Assembly: GCA_963756875.1 (NCBI GenBank)
Contig: CAVWPA010000003.1
Location: 416,001 to 480,000 of the forward strand
Length of the DNA stretch: 64,000 nt
Origin: an uncultured Verrucomicrobiae bacterium
GTDB taxonomy: Bacteria > Verrucomicrobiota > Verrucomicrobiia > Chthoniobacterales > UBA10450
Reading direction: 5' to 3'
The position numbers and the translations under genes were made by a program. The notes below the pieces were generated by a model. That model saw nothing but the letters and a program-made list of their open reading frames with translations. It was not told where the DNA came from and made no database searches. Of this stretch, positions 9,848-20,037 are shown piece by piece; positions within the stretch are counted from its first letter, which is position 1, and every line of letters begins with the position of its first letter.

Positions 9848-10774
9848 CTACGCCGTTTTGGACGGGTGTTTTCCGTTTAGCCGTTCGCGAAATTCGGTGG
9901 GCGATTGGCCGAAGACGCGTTTGAACATGCGATTAAACTGCGTGAGCGATTGGAATCCGACGTCATAAGCCACCTCGCTGATCCGCCGGTTCGGGTTCAG
10001 GAGTTGCGTCCTGGCGTCTTCCAGCCGGACCCGCGCGACATAGTCGGTGAATTTCAAGCCGGTTGATTTTCGGAAGACCTTGCAGAAATGGAAAACGCTG
10101 GCTCCTGCCGCCTTGGCCACAGCCGCCAGCGAGAGCGGCTCCATTTTGTGCTGATCGATGTACTCGCGCGCCTTGTGTACGAGGAGCGGTTCGGCGTTTT
10201 GTTCTTCCAACACAATCTGGTTGGTTAAGCCGGAAAGCTGGTCGGCGAAAAAGCTGAGCAGCCGCACGATGGCGTTGTAGCGGTCCGGCGGAATGAGCGG
10301 ATTTTTCTCCCACACTTTCTTGATTTCCCTGTTGAATTTGACTCCGTGCCGGGCCAGCTCGCGTGTGACCTTTACGGTATCCGACTTGGCCGGCGTATGA
10401 CGCAGCACCTGCCCGATTCTCAGATATCCGATGACCTCGTGTCCAAGTTTTACCGGGATCGCAGTTTCGGTCAGGCCAAAAGGGCAGGTCACCGTATGCG
10501 GAAGCACGCCGGTGTGGTCGATCATGTCCTGGTGTGCCTGCAAACAAACCGCCAATGTGGCGGGCCGCTCGGCGAGCAAAGCGCAGAACGCGTTCTCGTG
10601 CTTTTTCCCGTGATGTGCAAGCTGCCAGAACTCCAGGGGTTGCAGGGCCAGCGGGAGACCGGTTGCCCTGGTAAAGACAGTCTCGTAGTCACGGAACAGC
10701 CGCGACCTCCGCAGCATGTCGATCAACTGCCGATTTCGATTGCTCTTTAATTCTAAGGAGGGGCTTTGGGGCAT
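9848..10774 (-). CDS. AraC-family regulator with N-terminal PocR ligand-binding domain
   Basis: ATGLPL..ENAFCALL..CLQAH..TCPFGLTETAIPV..GYLRIGQ (PocR) plus double HTH ISEVAYDVGFQSLTQFNRMFKR. Confidence 0.92.
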   Translation of the reverse strand: MPQSPSLELKSNRNRQLIDMLRRSRLFRDYETVFTRATGLPLALQPLEFWQLAHHGKKHENAFCALLAERPATLAVCLQAHQDMIDHTGVLPHTVTCPFGLTETAIPVKLGHEVIGYLRIGQVLRHTPAKSDTVKVTRELARHGVKFNREIKKVWEKNPLIPPDRYNAIVRLLSFFADQLSGLTNQIVLEEQNAEPLLVHKAREYIDQHKMEPLSLAAVAKAAGASVFHFCKVFRKSTGLKFTDYVARVRLEDARTQLLNPNRRISEVAYDVGFQSLTQFNRMFKRVFGQSPTEFRERLNGKHPSKTA

Positions 10775-10862
10775 TGCGGCTAGGATGCATAATTTCGGCT
10801 ATTGTGAATTAGCCGTCAACGCGCAACACGACCCCTGTTCTGCGAGGTCAGGATACCTGGTG

Positions 10863-11471
10863 TCAATGTCGCTTTAGCGGGGATGCAAATGGATGGTCTT
10901 TCCATTTGCCGTAGCCGTCCGCTGAATCGAGTTCCTGGTCCATGAACGGCGATTCCAGGACGACCGGCGGGAGCGGCGCGCCGTGCGCGTAAACGGAGAG
11001 CATTTTTTTCCGCGCAGCTTGTAATCGCTTCATCATTACCGGGGTGATCCGTTTGAACAATTCGTAGCCTAACGAATGATCTTTTTCGCAGTATTCACGC
11101 AAAATTGTGCCGTAAAAGAAGATGGCCGAAGTCGGTTCCGCGGCGCGGGCGGTGAAATGCCAGACGTAAGGAGGGAACATCCACGACCAGCCGAGCAAAT
11201 CTCCCGAGCCGATGGTTTCCACGACTACGGGATCGCCAAAGCCTTCGCCTGATTCCAGGATCACGCTGCCGTTTTCGATCAGGTAGAACCGGTTTGCCAG
11301 CTCGCCTTCGCGCAAAATGGTTTGCCCCGTTTTGAAATGGACGGGAATTGCGCAATCGGTAAGGAGCGCGAGATGCGGGCGACTCATTCCAGCCAGGAAA
11401 GGATGGAGCGCCACGCGGGTCGCCATCGATTCGGTTTGTGTTTCGGTTCGTGTTGCGATTTGGGTTTTCAT
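10863..11471 (-). CDS. Cyclic-nucleotide-binding domain protein (Crp-like, no clear HTH)
   Basis: ILREGELANRFYLIENG, GDLLGWSWMFPPYVWHFTARA. Confidence 0.85.
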   Translation of the reverse strand: MKTQIATRTETQTESMATRVALHPFLAGMSRPHLALLTDCAIPVHFKTGQTILREGELANRFYLIENGSVILESGEGFGDPVVVETIGSGDLLGWSWMFPPYVWHFTARAAEPTSAIFFYGTILREYCEKDHSLGYELFKRITPVMMKRLQAARKKMLSVYAHGAPLPPVVLESPFMDQELDSADGYGKWKDHPFASPLKRH

Positions 11472-11669
11472 CAGCCTTTCCTCTCTTTTTGATCTAACGA
11501 TCCGCCAATCACGAGGGCCTCCCGCTCGTTGTAATCGAATGCAAAAGTGCGCGGCCTGGGTGGCACGATTCTCTTCCCCGTTAATCTGGTGACACCGACG
11601 ATTTCAACGCGGCCTTTGTCGTGTCCGTCCCTCTTTCTTCGGTGAAGCGCGCAGGAGAGCCTTTTCATC

Positions 11670-12203
11670 TCACAGGAAGTCGTGCTCCTTTTCGCGCACC
11701 ACCAATACCGGGCAGGGGGCTGCGCGAGCGACGCGTTCCGCCGTGCTGCCGATCGCGAAATACTTCCAGCCCGTGTAACCGTGCGTCGCGATCACGATCA
11801 GATCGACGTCCAAATCTTTAGCCGCCTCGACGATTTCGTGCGTCGCAACTCCGGCGCGCACCATCGATTTTGCATCGGACACGCCAGCCGCTTCAGCCTC
11901 ATCGACCAGCTCGTGCAGGCCCGTCTCCGCATCCACGAATTCCTTTTCGACGATTGCGGCAGGCGCGGGCGGCAGCCCCGCCAGCGTCAACGAAGCTGGC
12001 GGTTCGACCACGTGCAGCAGAGTGATTTTGGACCCCAATCCCTTGGCGAATCGAAGCGCGTAGCAGAAGGATTTCCTCGATGCCGGCGAAAAGTCGGTTG
12101 GCACCAATATCTTCGTAATGGTGATTGGCCGCTGCCCATTGGCTCCTTCGACGACGGACGTCGGTGCTTTGGCCCGCTTGCTGGCAACGCTCTGTGCTTT
12201 CAT
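11670..12203 (-). CDS. Universal stress protein (single domain)
   Basis: ILVPTDFS, DLIVIATHGYTG, IGSTAERVARAAPCPVLVVR. Confidence 0.93.
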   Translation of the reverse strand: MKAQSVASKRAKAPTSVVEGANGQRPITITKILVPTDFSPASRKSFCYALRFAKGLGSKITLLHVVEPPASLTLAGLPPAPAAIVEKEFVDAETGLHELVDEAEAAGVSDAKSMVRAGVATHEIVEAAKDLDVDLIVIATHGYTGWKYFAIGSTAERVARAAPCPVLVVREKEHDFL

Positions 12204-12235
12204 GGGACGAATCCTCGCCCCTTGCGTGGATGTCC

Positions 12236-12272
12236 GCTCCGCGGTAGTTGGCAAATTCTGTGCGTTTCTTGC
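12236..12272 (-). promoter_or_regulatory. 37-bp bipartite operator, copy 8
   Basis: Gene strand GCAAGAAACGCACAGAATTTGCCAACTACCGCGGAGC. Confidence 0.75.
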
Positions 12273-12322
12273 GCCACCAAAATGGAAGGAACACCGCGCC
12301 TGCGGCCGCCGATTCGGCCTGA

Positions 12323-12359
12323 GCAATTTCCGCTCAGCCAAAGCCAAATCGTGGCGAGT
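12323..12359 (+). promoter_or_regulatory. 37-bp bipartite operator, copy 9
   Basis: GCAATTTCCGCTCAGCCAAAGCCAAATCGTGGCGAGT upstream of the ATPase. Confidence 0.7.
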
Positions 12360-12405
12360 CAATGTCCGCGGCCTCGGTACATTTTTACGGAACCATGATC
12401 TAAAA

Positions 12406-14610
12406 ATGAGTGCGACCGACGACATCGATTCGCGAGTGGCGCGGATTCTCGCGAGCGAATCGGACGTGAAGCAGATTCGCATCGACGTTCATGCCCGGCA
12501 GATCGACGTCGGATTTTACAACCCGCCGTCAAAGGAACTTCTGCAGCGGATTCAAGCGCACGCGCACCGGGAATTCGATGGTGAGTGGAAGATTTCCGTA
12601 AAGCCAAGTGAGCCTTCGCCGCTTTTTCATCGCCATCAGATTAACGACCACATCGCGGAATTTCATCGGGCGCATCCGGCCAACGAGCCGCGGTTGATTT
12701 GGAAACGCATTCCTCTGCCGCAATGGCGGAACCGTCCCGTCCCGCCCGCCACCATTCGCAATTACCGAATCATGCTTGCGTTGGTAGCCGCGTGCGGAAT
12801 CAGCGGGTTGACCGGTTTCGCGCTGCAGCGTGCTGCGTTTCCGGCGTGGTCGATCGCCGCGGCGTTTGCGGCCGCATACATCGCCGGAGGTTGGTTCGCG
12901 ACGCAGGACGTATGGATCGGACTCAAAAAACGAAAGATCGACGTCCAGTTTCTGATGATCTTTGTCGCGCTCGGCGCCGCGGCTGTCCGCGCCTGGACAG
13001 AAGGCGCGACGCTGCTGTTTCTGTTTTCGCTCAGCAACGCGCTCGAACAATTTGCCAATCATCGAACAAAGAAAACGATCGAATCATTGTTGAAGGCTGC
13101 TCCCAAACGGGCGCTCCGCCGGGACGGTCAAGCATGGGTCGAGGTTCCGGTCGAAACCATTCAGCCTGACGACGAGGTGCTGGTCAAAGCCGGGGAGCTT
13201 TTTCCCGTCGATGGCGTTGTCATTGAAGGCGCGACATCGGCCGATGAATCGGCGCTCACGGGTGAATCGCTGCCAGTTCCAAAGCGAATTGGCGATTCCG
13301 TCAGCAGCGGCACGCTCAATCTCGACGGCCAGGCCGTCATTCGCGTTTCCCGCGAAGTGCAGGAAAGCGCGCTGCAGCAGATTCTTTCCCTCATCGAAAC
13401 GGCGCAACAGCAGAAGGCGCCCGCCCAGCGATTCACAGATTCATTCAGCCGGTATTACACCTGGGTTGTGCTTATTCTTAGCGTATTGGTTTTTGCGATC
13501 CTGTTGTTGGCAATCCATAAGCCGGTCGCCGAGGCTTTCTATCGCACCATGACTTTGCTGGTGGTCGCGTCGCCTTGCGCGCTGGTCTTGTCGATCCCAT
13601 CCGCCATCCTGGTGGCAATCGCCGCCGGCGCGCGAAATGGCATCCTGTTCCGTGGCGGTGTCGCCATCGAAGATCTGGCCGGGGTGACCCAGTTCGCGTT
13701 CGACAAAACCGGCACGCTGACAAAAGGCGCCCTGGTCGTATCGAAGATCGAGCTCCTCAATGGATGCAGAGAAGATGACGCCCTCTCGATTGCAGCCGCG
13801 GTTGCGCGTTTCTCCACACACCCGCTCGCGCGCGCCATTGTGGAGGAAGCCGATGGGCGTCACTTGCCCGAGGTCCAGGCCGTCGAATTTCAAAACATTC
13901 CCGGTTTCGGAATGGAAGCGTTAGTCAACGGAGAACCGCTCCTGATCGGCAGCCGTACCCTTTTGAGAGATCGTGAGATCGCCGTGCCCAAAATGCCGGC
14001 GGTAAGCGATGCGGAAGTCTGGGTAGCATCGCGAATCCCGATCGCCGTGATCTATTTGCGCGATCAGGTCAGGCCTGAGGCCCGACATGTGATCGATTTT
14101 CTGAGGAGAAACGACATCGGCGTCGCTCTTCTAACCGGCGACCGCGCCGTCGCTGCGGATGCGGTGGCCGCGCAGGTGGGAATCAGGGAGGTTCACGCCG
14201 AGATTACCCCGGACGCGAAGCTGCAATGCGTGCATCGATGGCGGCAACAGGGAAAAAAAGTTGCCATGGTGGGCGACGGGATCAACGATGCGCCGAGCCT
14301 GACGGCGGCGGACGTCGCCATCGGAATGGGCGCGCGCGGATCTGACGCCGCGCTCGAACAGGCCGACGTGATTTTGATGCACGACAAAATAGAGAACGTC
14401 GAGCATGCCGTGGTCTTGAGTCGACGCGCACGTGCGATCATTCGTCAGAACATTGTGATTTCGTTAGGCGTTATTTTGGTGCTCGTGACTTCCGCCCTGG
14501 CTGAGAAAATAAACCTCACCGTGGGCGTGATCGGGCACGAGGGGAGCACAGTGGTGGTGGTGTTAAACGCGTTGCGGCTCCTGCGTTTCCGCGGGAACAA
14601 CGCAGCGTAG
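12406..14610 (+). CDS. Heavy-metal P-type ATPase, P1B-4 subclass
   Basis: TGES, ASPCAL (SPC), DKTGTLT, HP, GDGINDAP, HEGST. Confidence 0.95.
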   Translation: MSATDDIDSRVARILASESDVKQIRIDVHARQIDVGFYNPPSKELLQRIQAHAHREFDGEWKISVKPSEPSPLFHRHQINDHIAEFHRAHPANEPRLIWKRIPLPQWRNRPVPPATIRNYRIMLALVAACGISGLTGFALQRAAFPAWSIAAAFAAAYIAGGWFATQDVWIGLKKRKIDVQFLMIFVALGAAAVRAWTEGATLLFLFSLSNALEQFANHRTKKTIESLLKAAPKRALRRDGQAWVEVPVETIQPDDEVLVKAGELFPVDGVVIEGATSADESALTGESLPVPKRIGDSVSSGTLNLDGQAVIRVSREVQESALQQILSLIETAQQQKAPAQRFTDSFSRYYTWVVLILSVLVFAILLLAIHKPVAEAFYRTMTLLVVASPCALVLSIPSAILVAIAAGARNGILFRGGVAIEDLAGVTQFAFDKTGTLTKGALVVSKIELLNGCREDDALSIAAAVARFSTHPLARAIVEEADGRHLPEVQAVEFQNIPGFGMEALVNGEPLLIGSRTLLRDREIAVPKMPAVSDAEVWVASRIPIAVIYLRDQVRPEARHVIDFLRRNDIGVALLTGDRAVAADAVAAQVGIREVHAEITPDAKLQCVHRWRQQGKKVAMVGDGINDAPSLTAADVAIGMGARGSDAALEQADVILMHDKIENVEHAVVLSRRARAIIRQNIVISLGVILVLVTSALAEKINLTVGVIGHEGSTVVVVLNALRLLRFRGNNAA

Positions 14611-14636
14611 ATCTCGTTTGCCTTATGGGACACGAA

Positions 14637-14690
14637 TGGTAGGGACGCCGCGCTGCGGCGTCCGGTCGGCGCAGCGCGCCGACCCTACCA
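14637..14690. repeat. GTAG-type REP doublet
   Basis: TGGTAGGG-palindrome ... palindrome-CCCTACCA. Confidence 0.7.
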
Positions 14691-14703
14691 ACGGACCGAG
14701 AAA

Positions 14704-17700
14704 TCAGATGGCCGGTTCCGCCGCTTCAGGCGGCGCCGCCGGGCGTGCGCCGGAATGCCGCGATTGGTTCGACATGAAATAGAGCACTGGCACGGCCATG
14801 CGGCTGATGAGGAGCGATGCGATTTCGCCGGCCATTAAGGAGATGGCGAGTCCCTGAAAAATCGGATCGAACAGGATCACACTCGAACCGACCACCACAG
14901 CCATCGCGGTGAGCAGCATGGGACGAAAACGCACCGCGCCCGCATCCACGACCGCTTCGGCCAGCGGCATTCCTTCGCGCAACCGTCGCTCGATAAAATC
15001 GACAAGGATGATCGAGTTACGTACGACGATCCCCGCGCCGGCCATGAACCCGATCATCGAGGTAGCGGTAAAAAACGCGCCGAGCAATCCGTGCGCCGGC
15101 AGGATGCCGACGAGCGAAAACGGAATCGCCGCCATGACGATCAGTGGTGTGAGAAACGAACGAAACCAGCCGACCATCAGGGCGTAGATGAGGATCAGCA
15201 CCGCACCAAACGCGAGGCCGAGGTCGCGGAACACTTCGATGGTGATCTGCCATTCGCCATCCCATTTCAACGCAGGGCGCAGATCGGTGAATGGAAGATG
15301 TGCGTTGTAAATTTCGAGTTTTGACCCCGTGCCGCCGAACTCACGCGTGTCGAGCGCGCGCAGTTTCTTGTTCATTTTTAAAATGGCGTAAACCGGGCTC
15401 TCAATCGGACCGGCGACGTCCCCGATGACATAAGTCACCGGCATCAGATTTTTGTGGTAGATACTTTTGTCGGTGATGGTGTGCTCGACGCTCACCAGTT
15501 CGCGCAATGGCACCAGCGGCGCGGGAGTCGCCGCGCCGGGTTCGGGAAGCGCATTGGCGTCTCCGGAACGGACACGCAGCGCGAGCAATTCTTCCGGCGT
15601 GACGCGCGCGGAACGGGGAAGTTCGAGCAGAATGTTGACGTCCTCCCTCTCGCGCGGCTGATGGAGGAGATCGATGGAGCGACCGCCGACGGCGATTTGC
15701 AGCGTCTCCGAAATCGTTTCGGCGCTGATGCCATGCAGCGCTGCTTTTTCCTTGTCGATCACGAACCGGTCCTTCGGCTGGTCGGCTTCGATGTACCAGT
15801 CGACGTCCACCACGCCCGGCGTACTTTTGAAAATGTCGCGCACGCGTCTCGCCATCTTGAGCCGCCCCTGCTCGGTGGGGCCATAGATTTCGGCGACGAG
15901 TGTTTGTAAAACCGGCGGTCCCGGGGGCACTTCGGCTACGGCCACGCGCGCGTTAAATTTTGCCGCGATGGCCGCAACGCGCGGGCGCACGCGTTTGGCG
16001 ATGTCGTGGCTTTTGGCTTTGCGCCTGTTCTTGGACACGAGGTTGACCTGAATATCGGCGACGTTCGCGCCGTGCCGCATGAAGTAATGGCGGACGAGAC
16101 CATTGAAATTGAACGGCGCGGCGACGCCGGTGTAGATCTGGTAGTTCGTAACTTCCGGCTCGCCGCGGACCGCGGCGGCGATCTCGCGTGCGGCGTGCGC
16201 GGTGCGTTCCAGCGAGCTTCCTTCGGGCATGTTCAAGATGATCTGGAACTCGCTCTTGTTATCGAAAGGGAGCATTTTCACCTTCACCCAGCCGATGGCC
16301 ACCAGTCCCATCGCGCCGAGCAACAGCGCGACGATCGCTCCAAGAAAAATCCAACGTCGCGAACGACGATCGATGAGCGGCCCCATTAATCGCCGGTAGA
16401 TCCGCGTGAAAAAATCTTCGCTGCGTTGAAGATGTTTCGCCGAACTCCCGAGCCGCAACATACGAATGGCGGCCCACGGAGTGACGATGAACGCGATCGC
16501 GAGCGAAAAAGCCATTGCCGCGCTGGAGCCGATCGGAATCGGCCGCATGTAAGGTCCCATCAGCCCGCCCACGAATGCCATCGGCAGCACCGCTGCGATC
16601 ACAGCAAACGTCGCGAGGATCGTCGGGTTGCCGACTTCGTTCACGGCCTCGATTGCGATTTGCGCCCAATCGCGTTCGCGGTTTTGCGGCAGATGAAAAT
16701 GACGTACGATGTTTTCGATTACGACAATCGCGTCATCGACGAGGATGCCGATCGAAAAGATCAGCGCGAAAAGCGTGATGCGATTCAGCGTGTAACCGTA
16801 GAGCAGGAAAACGAGCAGCGTCAGCGCGAGTGTGGATGGAATTGCGAGCGCAACGATGACCGATTCGCGCCAGCCGAGCGTAAGCAGAATGAGCAGCGAC
16901 ACGCCAAGCACGGCCAGTAACATGTGGAACAACAGCTCGTTTGACTTTTCCAAAGCCGTAGCCCCGTAATTGCGCGTGATGGAGACGTGCACATCGGATG
17001 GGATGAGCACGCCGCGTAGCGTGTCGATTTTTTTGAGAACCTGATTTGCAACGGCGATGGCGTTTGCGCCCGGCCGCTTGGCGATGCTTAGCGTGACGGC
17101 GGGCTCTTCGTTGGCAGTCGGAGAGGCGGCGGCGCCAGACCCGAAGAAGACATAGTTCGACGGCTCCTCCGCGCCGTCCACGATGTCGGCGACCTGGCGC
17201 AGATAAACCGGCCGATCGCCGAATACTCCGACGATAACATTGCCGACGTCCTGAGCGTTTTTCAAAAATGCACCGGTCTCAATGACCACCTCGTGATTTT
17301 CGCTGGTGAGTCCGCCTGAGGTGAACTGCCGGTTCGCCTGTTGAAGCATCGGCACGATACCGGCCACACTGAGGTTGCGCGAAGCGAGCCGCGCCGGGTC
17401 GAGAAGTACGCGAATTTGCCGCACCGCGCCGCCGATGATGTTTGTCTCAGCAACGAGCGGCACTTGTTTCACCGCGTCGTCCACCTGGGCGACGAGCCGC
17501 CGCAACGTGAGATGGTCGTATCGGCTGCTGTGAAACGTGAGCGCCAGGATCGGGACGTCGTCAATCGAGCGCTGTTTGATGAGCGGGAACGAGACGCCGT
17601 GCGGGATGCGATCGAAGTTCGACTGAAGTTTTTGGTCTAGCTTAACCAGGCTGCGCTCGACATCTTCGCCGACGCGAAATCGCACGATCACGAGGCTCTG

Positions 17701-17982
17701 GCCCGTGCTCGAAGTCGAATAGATGTATTCGACTCCCGGGATCTCCCATAGCAGCTTTTCCATCGGCCGCGTGGCGCGTTCTTCGATTTCCTTTGCACTT
17801 GCGCCGGGCATCGAAACCATTACGTCGATCATCGGCACTTTGATTTGCGGTTCCTCCTCGCGCGGCAGCAACCAGACCGCGGCAATACCGAGCAGCACCG
17901 ATGTGATAATGATTAGCGGCGTGAGCTTCGAATCGATAAACGCGCGCGCGATTTTGCCCGCGACGCCCAGATTCGCATTCAT
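14704..17982 (-). CDS. RND efflux transporter permease (AcrB/AcrD/AcrF family)
   Basis: 1092 aa; [37 protein letters not shown]. Confidence 0.95.
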   Translation of the reverse strand: MNANLGVAGKIARAFIDSKLTPLIIITSVLLGIAAVWLLPREEEPQIKVPMIDVMVSMPGASAKEIEERATRPMEKLLWEIPGVEYIYSTSSTGQSLVIVRFRVGEDVERSLVKLDQKLQSNFDRIPHGVSFPLIKQRSIDDVPILALTFHSSRYDHLTLRRLVAQVDDAVKQVPLVAETNIIGGAVRQIRVLLDPARLASRNLSVAGIVPMLQQANRQFTSGGLTSENHEVVIETGAFLKNAQDVGNVIVGVFGDRPVYLRQVADIVDGAEEPSNYVFFGSGAAASPTANEEPAVTLSIAKRPGANAIAVANQVLKKIDTLRGVLIPSDVHVSITRNYGATALEKSNELLFHMLLAVLGVSLLILLTLGWRESVIVALAIPSTLALTLLVFLLYGYTLNRITLFALIFSIGILVDDAIVVIENIVRHFHLPQNRERDWAQIAIEAVNEVGNPTILATFAVIAAVLPMAFVGGLMGPYMRPIPIGSSAAMAFSLAIAFIVTPWAAIRMLRLGSSAKHLQRSEDFFTRIYRRLMGPLIDRRSRRWIFLGAIVALLLGAMGLVAIGWVKVKMLPFDNKSEFQIILNMPEGSSLERTAHAAREIAAAVRGEPEVTNYQIYTGVAAPFNFNGLVRHYFMRHGANVADIQVNLVSKNRRKAKSHDIAKRVRPRVAAIAAKFNARVAVAEVPPGPPVLQTLVAEIYGPTEQGRLKMARRVRDIFKSTPGVVDVDWYIEADQPKDRFVIDKEKAALHGISAETISETLQIAVGGRSIDLLHQPREREDVNILLELPRSARVTPEELLALRVRSGDANALPEPGAATPAPLVPLRELVSVEHTITDKSIYHKNLMPVTYVIGDVAGPIESPVYAILKMNKKLRALDTREFGGTGSKLEIYNAHLPFTDLRPALKWDGEWQITIEVFRDLGLAFGAVLILIYALMVGWFRSFLTPLIVMAAIPFSLVGILPAHGLLGAFFTATSMIGFMAGAGIVVRNSIILVDFIERRLREGMPLAEAVVDAGAVRFRPMLLTAMAVVVGSSVILFDPIFQGLAISLMAGEIASLLISRMAVPVLYFMSNQSRHSGARPAAPPEAAEPAI

Positions 17983-19025
17983 GGCCTGGCTTTCACGGCC
18001 TGGCCGTCCACGAGCAAAGCCGCGCCATCGGTAACAACCTCTTCGCCGGCGCTGACGCCGGACAGCAGCTCGATTTCGTCGCCGAAGCGCCTGCCCGTCT
18101 TCACCAATCGCAACTGCGCATGATTGTTCGTGACGACGAAAACCAGTTCCATTTGTCCGCGCTCAATCACCGCGCTTGCGGGCGCGCGAAGCACGTTCGT
18201 TTCGCTTACAGGAATTTCGACGCGCCCGAACTGACCCGCGCGCAAATCCGGCGCGGATGGCAGATCGAGCTTTACCAGAAAAGTGCGGCTGCCTGGGTCG
18301 GCCGAGGGAGCAATCTCGCTGACCACTGCTTCACGCTCCTTTGACGCGATGCGGACCGGAAGCTTTGCGCCGAGCGCGACCTTTGCAAGGATCGCCTCTG
18401 GCACGGCGGCTTCGAATTGCAACGTATGCGGGTCTTCCATCTCGATCAGCGGTTTTCCCGGCGTGGCGAGATCGCCGACATCGGCAAGTTTGCGTGTAAC
18501 TACACCGTCGAACGGGGCGGTGATTTTCGCGTAGTCGAGCATCGTCTCCGCTTCAGTTGCCGAAGCGACGGCGACCTGATAACGCGACTGAACGGCCTCA
18601 AACTCGGCGGGGGTAATCACCTGCTGGGCGCGGAGCGTCTGGTAGCGTTTCAATTCGCTCTCAGTTTGTCGGCGGACGGCGAGCGCTTGGTCCAGCTTGG
18701 CCTGGATCTCCCGCACGTCGAGCTGTGCCAGGAACTCGCCCGCCTTCACTTTCTGTCCCGGCGTGGCGAGCATTTTTTCGATACGCCCGCTTACCTTCGC
18801 TTCGATCACTGAGTGAAGCTTCGGACGGACCGTGCCGACAACTTCTTCCGCGGCGACATGAGGCTTTTCCTCGATCTTTTGAACGCGAACGTTCGCCGCG
18901 GGCAGCGCTGTCGGCGGTGGCAGGCGGTGTTTTCCGCAGCCCGCCAACAGAACCAGCCCTAGCGCGACAAGACAAATGCCGCAACACCGGAACACGAGAT
19001 TATCGATCGGCTTTAATAAGTGCAT
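17979..19025 (-). CDS. RND periplasmic adaptor (membrane fusion protein)
   Basis: LAGC lipobox, [23 protein letters not shown] overlap with permease. Confidence 0.93.
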   Translation of the reverse strand: MHLLKPIDNLVFRCCGICLVALGLVLLAGCGKHRLPPPTALPAANVRVQKIEEKPHVAAEEVVGTVRPKLHSVIEAKVSGRIEKMLATPGQKVKAGEFLAQLDVREIQAKLDQALAVRRQTESELKRYQTLRAQQVITPAEFEAVQSRYQVAVASATEAETMLDYAKITAPFDGVVTRKLADVGDLATPGKPLIEMEDPHTLQFEAAVPEAILAKVALGAKLPVRIASKEREAVVSEIAPSADPGSRTFLVKLDLPSAPDLRAGQFGRVEIPVSETNVLRAPASAVIERGQMELVFVVTNNHAQLRLVKTGRRFGDEIELLSGVSAGEEVVTDGAALLVDGQAVKARP

Positions 19026-19079
19026 CTAACGGAGTAATGACCCGCAGTTCGATGGCGCCGGCGCGAGTTGTTTCGTCGA

Positions 19080-19763
19080 TCAGTGGGCCTTAATGACATA
19101 TTGATAGGGTAACATCCCGCTATCAGCAGAAACGACGGTGAAGCCCGCCGATCTTAACTCCGATTCTGCCTGTTCTTCCGCGACCCGGAGTTCGACGGGT
19201 GGTCCCGGCGGCGTCTTCATCTTCTTGAAGTCGATGATCACGAGCACACCGCCTTTGCGAAGACACTTTTTAAGCTTCTTGAGGTATTCGATTCTGTTTT
19301 CGATGTGATGAAACGTGTCCACGATTAGCACCATATCGGCTTCACGCGTCTTGAGTCCCGATGAATCCGGCGTGGTCAAGCGGGTCTCGATATTGGCGCC
19401 GATCTTTTGCGTCTGTTTCTTGTGGTCGATGTAATCGAGGAACCGCTGGTCGATATCGATGGCGATCACCTTCGCCGCTTTCTTCGCGATCGGGAAAGCA
19501 AAGTAACCGGTGCCGGCGCCGATGTCGGCGACGGTCTTTCCGTCGAGTGGTCCCAGGTTGGCAACGATCTTCTCCGGCTTTTGCCATTTCGCCCGCGAAG
19601 GATCCTCGAAACGAGCCGTCAGTTTGTCGAAATCCGCCTGGTGCATGTATCGGTTGGCCGCGCTTTCCTGCGCAGCCGCGGCAGGTTCGGGATGCAATAA
19701 AGCGCACGCCATAAGGGTCGTCGTGGTGATTGAGAATAATTCCTTGATCATAGATTGCGTCAT
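19080..19763 (-). CDS. Class I SAM-dependent methyltransferase, probably exported
   Basis: WQKPEKIV, VADIGAGTGYF, AIDID, DTFHHI; start uncertain. Confidence 0.85.
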   Translation of the reverse strand: MTQSMIKELFSITTTTLMACALLHPEPAAAAQESAANRYMHQADFDKLTARFEDPSRAKWQKPEKIVANLGPLDGKTVADIGAGTGYFAFPIAKKAAKVIAIDIDQRFLDYIDHKKQTQKIGANIETRLTTPDSSGLKTREADMVLIVDTFHHIENRIEYLKKLKKCLRKGGVLVIIDFKKMKTPPGPPVELRVAEEQAESELRSAGFTVVSADSGMLPYQYVIKAH

Positions 19764-19787
19764 CCTTTGTCGACTTGCAGGCAAAAC

Positions 19788-19920
19788 TCGGACCCAGAGT
19801 GTAAAAGATAAACGTAGAACATGTCCGCCATTAACGCACTTGAGCCGCGTGAGGCGAAGCTATTTACGCGGGCTACCCCGCTTGGATTCGAACCCCGAAA
19901 GCTTTCGAGGCTGTGTTACC
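19788..19920 (-). mobile_element. Truncated second copy of the tRNA-Gln / GIY-YIG element junction
   Basis: Near-copy of 20957..21098: tRNA fragment, one inverted repeat with 2 mismatches, first 11 codons of GIY-YIG; anticodon arm replaced by a palindrome. Confidence 0.85.
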
Positions 19921-20037
19921 TAAGGGCGGCGGTTTCTTTGACAGATAGTTGACGGGTACAGACAGGAAATTATCACGAATTCCTCCGAAGCCACGTCGCT
20001 TTCGGTAGCGGTGCTCTTCTTCACCAGTCAGCCGGCG

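Noticed and set aside
11471..11660. Tenth operator copy upstream of the cNMP gene (also sought at 34800-34850)
   Set aside because: Partial matches have the wrong spacing between boxes.
12118..12405. N-terminal extension of the 830-aa ATPase ORF
   Set aside because: It overlaps the divergent USP and both operator copies; ATG 12406 is the better start.
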